In this document: in pieces, positions 1 to 12,200 of the stretch
Numbering within the stretch: position 1 is the stretch's first letter
Layout of the letters: every line of letters starts with the position of its first letter
Assembly: GCF_009914755.1 (NCBI RefSeq)
Contig: NC_060925.1
DNA length: 64,000 bases
Source of the DNA: the human T2T-CHM13v2.0 reference genome, Homo sapiens
Reading direction: 5' to 3' (one strand)
The notes under the pieces: generated by a model
Told to the model about the DNA's origin: nothing
Databases searched by the model: none
What the model saw: the letters and a program-made list of their open reading frames with translations, nothing else
Made by a program: the position numbers and the translations under genes

Positions 1-2122
1 ATTTCACTCAATGAATCCATTCGATTCCATTCTATGATGATTCCATTCATTTCCATCTGATGATGATTCCATTCGATTCCATTCAATGATTCCTTTCGAT
101 TCCATTTGATGATGATTTCAATCAATTTCATTCGATGATTCCATTCGAATCCATTCGATGATGAGTCCATCCATTTCAATTTCATGATAATTCCATTCGT
201 TTCAATTCGATGGTGTTTCCATTCGATTCCATTCGATGTTGATTCCATTAGTTTCCATTGGATGATGATTCCATTCGAGTCCATTCAATGATGATCACAT
301 TGGATTTCATTCCATAATTCTATTCGATTCCATTTGATGATGATTCCATCTGATTCCATTTGATGATCCCATTCGATTCCATTCGATGATGATTCCATTC
401 GTTTCCATCCGATGATGATTCATTCGATTCCGTTCAATGATTATTCCATTCGAGTCCATTCGATGATTCCATTCGATTCCATTCGATGATGATTGCATTC
501 GAGTCCATGGATTCTTCCATTCCATTCCATTAGATGATTCCATTCGAGTCCGTTCGATGATTCTCTTCGATTCCATTCGATAATTCCGTTTGATTCCGTT
601 TGATGTTGATTCTATTCGAGTCCATTCGATGATAATTCCATTGGATTCTATGTGATGATTCCATTCCATTCCATTTGGAGATGGCTCCATTCGAGACCAT
701 TCGTTGATTGCATTCAATTCATTCGATGACGATTCCATTCAATTCCGTTCAGTGATTCCATTAGATTCCATTTTAATGATGATTCCATTCGATTCCATTT
801 GATGATGATTCCATGCGATTCCATTAGATGATGACTCCTTTCATTTCCATTCAATGAGGATTCCATTCGGTTCCATTTGATGATGATTCCTTTGAATTCC
901 GTTTGATGACAATTCCATTCAATACCAATTGATGATGTTTATTTTTGTTTCCATTTGATGATGATTACATTCGATTCCATTTGATCATGATTCCATTCGA
1001 TTCCATTCAATGATTATTCCATTTGAGTCGATTCGATGACTCCATTCGATTGTATTCGATGGTGATTGAATTCGAGTCCATGGATTAATCCATTGCATTC
1101 CATTCGATGATTCCATTCGAGTCCATTCGATGATTCTATTCGATTGCATTCGATAATTCCATTCGATTGCATTCGATAAATCCATTTGATTCCATTTGAA
1201 GATATTTCCATTTGAGTCCATTCGATGATTGTTCCATTCGATTCTATTCGGTGATTCCATTCGACTTCATTTGATAATGATTCCATTCGAGACCATTCGA
1301 TGATTCTATTCAATTCCATTCAATAATGATTCCATTCGAGTCCATTCAACGATTCCATTCAAGTCCATTCGATGATTCCATCTGATTCCATTCAATGAAT
1401 CCATGCGATTCCATTCTATGATGATTCCATTCATTTCCATCTGATGATGATTCCATTCGATTCCATTCAATGATTCCTTTCGATTCCATTTGATGATGAT
1501 TTCAATCAATTTCATTCGATGATTCCATTCGAATCCATTCGATGATGAGTCCATCCATTTCAATTTCATGATAATTCCATTCGTTTCAATTCGATGGTGT
1601 TTTCATTCGATTCCATTCGATGTTGATTCCATTAGTTTCCATTGGATGATGATTCCATTCGAGTCCATTCAATGATGATCACATTGGATTTCATTCCATA
1701 ATTCTATTCGATTCCATTTGATGATGATTCCATCTGATTCCATTTGATGATCCCATACGATTTCATTCGATGATGATTCCATTCGTTTCCATCCGATGAT
1801 GATTCATTCGATTCCGTTCAATGATTATTCCATTCGAGTCCATTCGATGATTCCATTCGATTCCATTCGATGATGATTGCATTCGAGTCCATGGATTCTT
1901 CCATTCCATTCCATTAGATGATTCCATTCGAGTCCGTTCGATGATTCTCTTTGATTCCATTCGACAATTCCGTTTGATTCCGTTTGATGTTGATTCCATT
2001 CGAGTCCATTTGATGATAATTCCATTCGATTCTATGCGATGATTCCATTCCTTTCCATTTGGAGGTGGTTCCATTCGAGACCATTCGTTGATTGCATTGA
2101 ATTCATTCGATGACGATTCCAT

Positions 2123-3443
2123 TCAATTCCGTTCAATGATTCCATTAGATTCCATTTGATGATGATTCCATTCGATTCCATTTGATGATGATTCCATGCG
2201 ATTCCATTAGATGATGACTCCTTTCATTTCCATTCAATGAGGATTCCATTCGGTTCCATTTGATGAGGATTCCTTTGAATTCCGTTTGATGACAATTCCA
2301 TTCAATACCAATTGATGATGGTTATTTTGATTCCATTTGATGATGATTACATTCGATTCCATTTGATCATGATTCCATTCGATTCCACTCGATGATTCCA
2401 TTCAATGATGATTCCATTCGAGTTCATTGACTATTCCATTCCATTTCAATCGATGATTCCTTTCAAGTCCATTCGATGATTCTATTCGATTGCATTCGAT
2501 TATTCCATTCGATTGCATTCAATAATTCCATTCGATTCCATTTGAGGATAATTCCATTTGAGTCCATTCGATGATTGTTCCATTCGATTCTATTCGGTGA
2601 TTCCATTCGATTCCATTTGATAATGATTCCATTCGAGACCATTCGATGATTCCATTCAATTCCATTCCATAATGATTCCATTCGAGTCCATTCAACGATT
2701 CCATTCAAGTCCATTCGATGATTCCATCTGATTCCATTCAATGAATCCATGCGATTCCATTCTATGATGATTCCATTCATTTCCATCTGATGATGATTCC
2801 ATTCGATTCCATTCAATGATTCCATTCGATTCCATTTGATGATGATTTCAATCAATTTCGTTCGATGATTCCATTCGAATCCATTCGATGATGAGTCCAT
2901 CCATTTCAATTTCATGATAATTCCATTCGTTTCAATACGGTGGTGTTTCCATTCGATTCCAGTCGATGTTGATTCCATTAGTTTCCATTGGATGATGATT
3001 CCATTCGAGTCCATTCGATGATGATCACAATGGATTTCATTCCATAATTCTATTCGATTCCATTTGATGATGATTCCATCTGATTCCATTTGATGATTCC
3101 ATTCGTTTCCATCCGATGATGATTCCATTCGATTCCGTTCAATGATTATTCCATTCGAGTCCATTCGATGATTCCATTCGATTCCATTCGATGATGATTG
3201 CATTCGAGTCCATGGATTCTTCCATTCCATTCCATTAGATGATTCCATTCGATTCCATTCGATGATTCTCTTCGATTCCATTCGATAATTCCGTTTGATT
3301 CCGTTTGATGTTGATTCCATTCGAGTCCATTCGATGATAATTCCATTCGATTCTATGCGATGATTCCATTCCATTCCATTTGGAGGTGGTTCAATTCGAG
3401 ACCATTCGTTGATTGCATTCAATTCATTCTATGACGATTCCAT
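2123..3443 (+). repeat. Representative short unit, variant B (1321 bp)
   Basis: Landmark spacing 2122 to 3443. Carries the B-diagnostic GAGTTCATTGACTATTCCATTCCATTTCAATCGATGATTCCTTTCAAG, GGTTATTTTG and CACAATGG. It lacks 59 bp of the A block, one T and the GATCCC 26-mer, 86 bp in total. Confidence 0.93.
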
Positions 3444-4850
3444 TCAATTCCGTTCAATGATTCCATTAGATTCCATTTGATGATGATTCCATTCGATTCC
3501 ATTTGATGATGATTCCATGCGATTCCATTAGATGATGACTCCTTTCATTTCCATTTAACGAGGATTCCATTCGGTTCCATTTTATGATGATTCCTTTGAA
3601 TTCCATTTGATGACAATTCCATTCAATACCAATTGATGATGTTTATTTTTGATTCCATTTGATGATGATTACTTTCGATTCCATTTGATCATGATTCCAT
3701 TCGATTCCACTCGATGATTCCATTCGATTCCATTCAATGATTATTCCATTTGAGTCGATTCGATGACTCCATTCGATTGTATTCGATGGTGATTGAATTC
3801 GAGTCCATGGATTAATCCATTGCATTCCACTCGACGATTCCATTCGAGTCCATTCGATGATTCTATTCGATTGCATTCGATAATTCCATTCGATTGCATT
3901 CGATAAATCCATTTGATTCCATTTGAGGATAATTCCATTTGAGTCCATTCGATGATTGTTCCATTCGATTCTATTCGGTGATTCCATTCGACTTCATTTG
4001 ATAATGATTCCATTCGAGACCATTCGATGATTCTATTCAATTCCATTCAATAATGATTCCATTCGAGTCCATTCAACGATTCCATTCAAGTCCATTCGAT
4101 GTTTCCATCTGATTTCACTCAATGAATCCATTCGATTCCATTCTATGATGATTCCATTCATTTCCATCTGATGATGATTCCATTCGATTCCATTCAATGA
4201 TTCCTTTCGATTCCATTTGATGACGATTTCAATCAATTTCATTCGATGATTCCATTCGAATCCATTCGATGATGAGTCTATCCATTTCAATTTCATGATA
4301 ATTCCATTCGTTTCAATTCGATGGTGTTTCCATTCGATTCCATTCGATGTTGATTCCATTAGTTTCCGTTGGATGATGATTCCATTCGAGTCCATTCAAT
4401 GATGATCACATTGGATTTCATTCCATAATTCTATTCGATTCCATTTGATGATGATTCCATCTGATTCCATTTGATGATCCCATTCGATTCCATTCGATGA
4501 TGATTCCATTCGTTTCCATCCGATGATGATTCCATTCGATTCCGTTCAATGATTATTCCATTCGAGTCCATTCGATGATTCCATTCGATTCCATTCGATG
4601 ATGATTGCATTCGAGTCCATGGATTCTTCCATTCCATTCCTTTAGATGATTCCATTCGAGTCCGTTCGATGATTCTCTTTGATTCCATACGATAATTCCG
4701 TTTGATTCCGTTTGAGGTTGATTCCATTCGAGTCCATTCGATGATAATTCCATTCGATTCTATGCGATGATTCCATTCCATTCCATTTGGAGGTGGTTCC
4801 ATTCGAGACCATTCGTTGATTGCATTCAATTCATTCGATGTCCATTCCAT

Positions 4851-6257
4851 TCAATTCCGTTCAATGATTCCATTAGATTCCATTTGATGATGATTCCATT
4901 CGATTCCATTTGATGATGATTCCATGCGATTCCATTAGATGATGACTCCTTTCATTTCCATTCAATGAGGATTCCATTCGGTTCCATTTGATGATGATTC
5001 CTTTGAATTCCATTTGATGACAATTCCATTCAATACCAATTGATGATGTTTATTTTTGATTCCATTTGATGATGATTACATTCGATTCCATTTGATCATG
5101 ATTCCATTCGATTCCACTCGATGATTCCATTCGATTCCATTCAATGATTATTCCATTTGAGTCGATTCGATGACTCCATTCGATTGTATTCGATGGTGAT
5201 TGAATTCGAGTCCATGGATTAATCCATTGCATTCCACTCGACGATTCCATTCGAGTCCATTCGATGATTCTATTCGATTGCATTCGATAATTCCATTCCA
5301 TTGCATTCGATAAATCCATTTGATTCCATTTGAGGATAATTCCATTTGAGTCCATTCGATGATTGTTCCATTCGATTCTATTCGGTGATTCCATTCGACT
5401 TCATTTGATAATGATTCCATTCGAGACCATTCGATGATTCTATTCCATTCCATTCAATAATGATTCCATTCGATTCCATTCAACGATTCCATTCAAGTCC
5501 ATTCGATGATTCCATCTGATTCCATTCAATGAATCCATGCGATTCCATTCTATGATGATTCCATTCATTTCCATCTGATGATGATTCCATTCGATTCCAT
5601 TCAATGATTCCTTTCGATTCCATTTGATTATGATTTCAATCAATTTCATTCGATGATTCCATTCGAATCCATTCGATGATGAGTCCATCCATTTCAATTT
5701 CATGATAATTCCATTCGTTTCAATTCGATGGTGTTTCCATTCGATTCCATTCGATGTTGATTCCATTAGTTTCCATCGGATGATGATTCTATTCGAGTCG
5801 ATTCAATGATGATCACATTGGATTTCATTCCATAATTCTATTCGATTCCATTTGATGATGATTCCATCTGATTCCATTTGATGATCCCATTCGATTCCAT
5901 TCGATGATGATTCCATTCGTTTCCATCCGATGATGATTCCATTCGATTCCGTTCAATGATTATTCCATTCGAGTCCATTCGATGATTCCATTCGATTCCA
6001 TTCGATGATGATTGCATTGGAGTCCATGAATTCTTCCATTCCATTCCATTAGATGATTCCATTCGAGTCCGTTCGATGATTCTCTTCGATTCCATTCGAT
6101 AATTCCGTTTGATTCCGTTTGATGTTGATTCCATTCGAGTCCATTCGATGATAATTCCATTCGATTCTATGCGATGATTCCATTCCATTCCATTTGGAGA
6201 TGGTTCCATTCGAGACCATTCGTTGATTACATTCAATTCATTCGATGACGATTCCAT
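4851..6257 (+). repeat. Representative long unit, variant A (1407 bp)
   Basis: Landmark spacing 4850 to 6257. Carries the A-diagnostic GAGTCGATTCGATGACTCC...GGTGATTGAATTCGAGTCCATGGATTAATCCATTGC block, plus GATAAATCC, CGACTTCATT, CACATTGG and the GATCCC 26-mer. EcoRI sites at 5005 and 5202. Confidence 0.93.
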
Positions 6258-9200
6258 TCAATTCCGTTCAATGATTCCATTAGATTCCATTTGATGATGA
6301 TTCCATTCGATTCCATTTGATGATGATTCCATGCGATTCCATTAGATGATGACTCCTTTCATTTCCATTCAATGAGGATTCCATTCGGTTCCATTTGATG
6401 ATGATTCCTTTGAATTCCATTTGATGACAATTCCATTCAATACCAATTGATGATGGTTATTTTGATTCCATTTGATGATGATTACTTTCGATTCCATTTG
6501 ATCATGATTCCATTCGATTCCACTCGATGATTCCATTCAATGATGATTCCATTCGAGTTCATTGACTATTCCATTCCATTTCAATCGATGATTCCTTTCA
6601 AGTCCATTCGATGATTCTATTCGATTGCATTCGATTATTCCATTCGATTGCATTCAATAATTCCATTCGATTCCATTTGAGGATAATTCCATTTGAGTCC
6701 ATTCGATGATTGTTCCATTCGATTCTATTCGGTGATTCCATTCGATTCCATTTGATAATGATTCCATTCGAGACCATTCGATGATTCCATTCAATTCCAT
6801 TCAATAATGATTCCATTCGAGTCCATTCAATGATTCCATTCAAGTCCATTCGATGATTCCATCTGATTCCATTCAATGAAACCATTCGATTCCATTCCAT
6901 GATGATTCCATTCATTTCCATCTTATGATGATTCCATTCGATTCCATTCAATGATTCCATTCGATTCCATTTGATGATGATTTCAATCAATTTCGTTCGA
7001 TGATTCCATTCGAATCCATTCGATGATGAGTCCATCCATTTCAATTTCATGATAATTCCATTCGTTTCAATTCGATGGTTTTTCCATTCGATTCCATTAG
7101 ATGTTGATTCAATTAGTTTCCATTGGATGATGATTCCATTCGAGTCCATTCGATGATGATCACAATGGATTTCATTCCATAATTCTATTCGATTCCATTT
7201 GATGATGATTCCATCTGATTCCATTTGACGATTCCATTCGTTTCCATCTGATGATGATTCCATTCGATTCCATTCAATGATTATTCCATTCGAGTCCATT
7301 CAATGATTCCATTCGATTCCATTCGATGATGATTGCATTCGAGACCATGGATTCTTCCATTCCATTCCATTAGATGATTCCATTCGAGTCCATTCGATGA
7401 TTCTCTTCGATTCCATTCGATAATTCCGTTTGATTCCGTTTGATGTTGATTCCATTCGACTCCATTCGATGATAATTCCATTCGATTCTATGCGATGATT
7501 CCATTCCATTCCATTTGGAGGTGGTTCCATTCGAGACCATTCGTTGATTGCATTCAATTCATTCGAAGACGATTCCATTCAATTCCGTTCAATGATTCCA
7601 TTAGATTCCATTTGATGATGATTCCATTCGATTCCATTTGATGATGATTCCATGCGATTCCATTAGATGATGACCCTTTCATTTCCATTCAATGAGGATT
7701 CCATTCGGTTCCATTTGATGATGATTCCTTTGAATTCCGTTTGATGACAATTCCATTCAATACCAATTGATGATGGTTATTTTTGATTCCATTTGATGAT
7801 GATTACTTTCGATTCCATTTGATCATGATTCCATTCGATTCCAATCGATGATTCCATTCAATGATGATTCCATTCGAGTTCATTGACTATTCCATTCCAT
7901 TTCAATCGTTGATTCCTTTCAAGTCCATTCGATGATTCTATTCGATTGCATTCGAATATTCCATTCGATTGCATTCGATAATTCCATTCGATTCCATTTG
8001 AGGATAATTCCATTTGAGTCCATTCGATGATTGTTCCATTCGATTCTATTCGGTGATTGCATTCGATTCCATTTGATAATGATTCCATTCGAGACCATTC
8101 GATGATTCCATTCAATTCCATTCCATAATGATTCCATTCGAGTCCATTCAACGATTCCATTCAAGTCCATTCGATGATTCCATCTGATTCCATTCAATGA
8201 ATCCATGCGATTCCATTCTATGATGATTCCATTCATTTCCATCTGATGATGATTCCATTCGATTCCATTCAATGATTCCATGCAACTCCATTTGATGATG
8301 ATTTCAATCAATTTCGTTCGATGATTCCATTCGAATCCATTCGATGATGAGTCCATCCATTTCAATTTCATGATAATTCCATTCGTTTCAATACGGTGGT
8401 GTTTCCATTCGATTCCATTCGATGTTGATTCCATTAGTTTCCATTGGATGATGATTCCATTCGAGTCCATTCGATGATGATCACAATGGATTTCATTCCA
8501 TAATTCTATTCGATTCCATTTGATGATGATTCCATCTGATTCCATTTGATGATTCCATTCGTTTCCATCCGATGATGATTCCATTCGATTCCGTTCAATG
8601 ATTATTCCATTCGAGTCCATTCGATGATTCCATTCGATTCCATTCGATGATGATTGCATTCGAGTCCATGGATTCTTCCATTCCATTCCATTAGATGATT
8701 CCAATCGATTCCATTCGATGATTCTCTTCGATTCCATTCGATAATTCCGTTTGATTCCGTTTGATGTTGATTCCATTCGAGTCCATTCGATGATAATTCC
8801 ATTCGATTCTATGCGATGATTCCATTCCATTCCATTTGGAGGTGGTTCCATTCGAGACCATTCGTTGATTGCATTGAATTCATTCGATGACGATTCCATT
8901 CAATTCCGTTCAATGATTCCATTAGATTCCATTTGATGATGATTCCATTCGATTCCATTTGATGATGATTCCATGCGATTCCATTAGATGATGACTCCTT
9001 TCATTTCCATTCAATGAGGATTCCATTCGGTTCCATTTGATGATTATTCCTTTGAATTCCGTTTGATGACAATTCCATTCAATACCAATTGATGATGTTT
9101 ATTTTTGATTCCATTTGATGATGATTACATTCGATTCCATTTGATCATGATTCCATTCGATTCCACTCGATGATTCCATTCGATTCCATTCAATGATTAT

Positions 9201-12200
9201 TCCATTTGAGTCGATTCGATGACTCCATTCGATTGTATTCGATGGTGATTGAATTCGAGCCATGGATTAATCCATTGCATTCCATTCGATGATTCCATTC
9301 GAGTCCATTCGATGATTCTATTCGATTGCATTGGATAATTCCATTCGATTGCATTCGATAAATCCATTTGATTCCATTTGAAGATAATTCCATTTGAGTC
9401 CATTCGATGATTGTTCCATTCGATTCTATTCGGTGATTCCATTCGACTTCATTTGATAATGATTCCATTCGAGACCATTCGATGATTCTATTCAATTCCA
9501 TTCAATAATGATTCCATTCGAGTCCATTCAACGATTCCATTCAAGTCCATTCGATGATTCCATCTGATTCCATTCAATGAATCCATGCGATTCCATTCTA
9601 TGATGATTCCATTCATTTCCATCTGATGATGATTCCATTCGATTCCATTCAATGATTCCTTTCGATTCCATTTGATGATGATTTCAATCAATTTCATTCG
9701 ATGATTCCATTCGAATCCATTCGATGATGAGTCCATCCATTTCAATTTCATGATAATTCCATTCGTTTCAATTCGATGGTGTTTCCATTCGATTCCATTC
9801 GATGTTGATTCCATTAGTTTCCATTGGATGATGATTCCATTCGAGTCCATTCAATGATGATCACATTGGATTTCATTCCATAATTCTATTCGATTCCATT
9901 TGATGATGATTCCATCTGATTCCATTTGATGATCCCATTCGATTCCATTCGATGATGATTCCATTCGTTTCCATCCGATGATGATTCCATTCGATTCCGT
10001 TCAATGATTATTCCATTCGAGTCCATTCGATGATTCCATTCGATTCCATTCGATGATGATTGCATTCGAGTCCATGAATTCTTCCATTCCATTCCATTAG
10101 ATGATTCCATTCGAGTCCGTTCGATGATTCTCTTCGATTCCATTCGATAATTCCGTTTGATTCCGTTTGATGTTGATTCCATTCGAGTCCATTCGATGAT
10201 AATTCCATTCGATTCTATGCGATGATTCCATTCCATTCCATTTAGAGATGGTTCCATTCGAGACCATTCGTTGATTGCATTCAATTCATTCGATGACAAT
10301 TCCATTCAATTCCGTTCAATGATTCCATTAGATTCCATTTGATGATGATTCCATTCAATTCCATTTGATGATGATTCCATGCGATTCCATTAGATGATGA
10401 CTCCTTTCATTTCCATTCAATGAGGATTCCATTCGGTTCCATTTGATGATGATTCCTTTGAATTCCGTTTGATGACAATTCCATTCAATACCAATTGATG
10501 ATGGTTATTTTGATTCCATTTGATGATGATTACTTTCGATTCCATTTGATCATGATTCCATTCGATTCCAATCGATGATTCCATTCAATGATGATTCCAT
10601 TCGAGTTCATTGACTATTCCATTCCATTTCAATCGATGATTCCTTTCAAGTCCATTCGATGATTCTATTCGATTGCATTCGATTATTCCATTTGATTGCA
10701 TTCGATAATTCCATTCGATTCCATTTGAGGATAATTCCATTTGAGTCCATTCGATGATTGTTCCATTCGATTCTATTCGGTGATTCCATTCGATTCCATT
10801 TGATAATGATTCCATTCGAGACCATTCGATGATTCCATTCAATTCCATTCCATAATGATTCCATTCGAGTCCATTCAATGATTCCATTCAAGTCCATTCG
10901 ATGATTCCATCTGATTCCATTCAATGAATCCATTCGATTCCATTCTATGATGATTCCATTCATTTCCATCTGATGATGATTCCATTCGATTCCATTCAAT
11001 GATTCCATTCGATTCCATTTGATGATGATTTCAATCAATTTCGTTCGATGATTCCATTCGAATCCATTCGATGATGAGTCCATCCATTTCAATTTCATGA
11101 TAATTCCATTCGTTTCAATTCGATGGTTTTTCCATTCGATTCCATTCGATGTTGATTCCCTTAGTTTCCATTGGATGATGATTCCATTCGAGTCCATTTG
11201 ATGATGATCACAATGGATTTCATTCCATAATTCTATTCGATTCCATTTGATGATGATTCCATCTGATTCCATTTGATGATTCCATTCGTTTCCATCCGAT
11301 GATGATTCCATTCGATTCCATTCAATGATTATTCCATTCGAGTTTATTCGATGATTCCATTCGATTCCATTCAATGATGATTGCATTCGAGTCCATGGAT
11401 TCTTCCATTCCATTCCATTAGATGATCCCATTCGTTTCCATTCGATGATTCTCTTCGATTCCATTCGATAATTCCGTTTGATTCCGTTTGATGTTGATTC
11501 CATTCGAGTCCATTCGATGATAATTCCATTCGATTCTATGCGATGATTCCATTCCATTCCATTTGGAGGTGGTTCCATTCGAGACCATTCGTTGATTGCA
11601 TTCAATTCATTTGATGACGATTCCATTCAATTCCGTTCAATGATTCCATTAGATTCCATTTGATGATGATTCCATTCGATTCCATTTGATGATGATTCCA
11701 TGCGATTCCATTAGAGGATGACTCCTTTCATTTCCGTTCAATGAGGATTCCATTCGGTTCCATTTGATTATGATTCCTTTCAATTCCGTTTGATGACAAT
11801 TCCATTCAATACCAATTGATGATGGTTATTTTGATTCCATTTGATGATGATTACTTTCGATTCCATTTGATCATGATTCCATTCGATTCCACTCGATGAT
11901 TCCATTCAACGATGATTCCATTCGAGTTCATTGACTATTCCATTCCATTTCAATTGATGATTCCTTTCAAGTCCATTCGATGATTCTATTCGATTGCATT
12001 CGATTATTCCTTTCGATTGCATTCGATAATTCCATTCGATTCCATTTGAGGATAATTCCATTTGAGTCCATTCGATGATTGTTCCATTCGATTCTATTCC
12101 GTGATTCCATTCGATTCCATTTGATAATGATTCCATTCGAGACCATTCGATGATTCCATTCAATTCCATTCAATAATGATTCCATTCGAGTCCATTCAAT

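Noticed and set aside
1025-1042. GAGTC-N8-GACTC hairpin in A units as a terminator or structured RNA
   Set aside because: The stem is only 5 bp with no U-tract, and it is easily produced by chance from GANTC-rich sequence.
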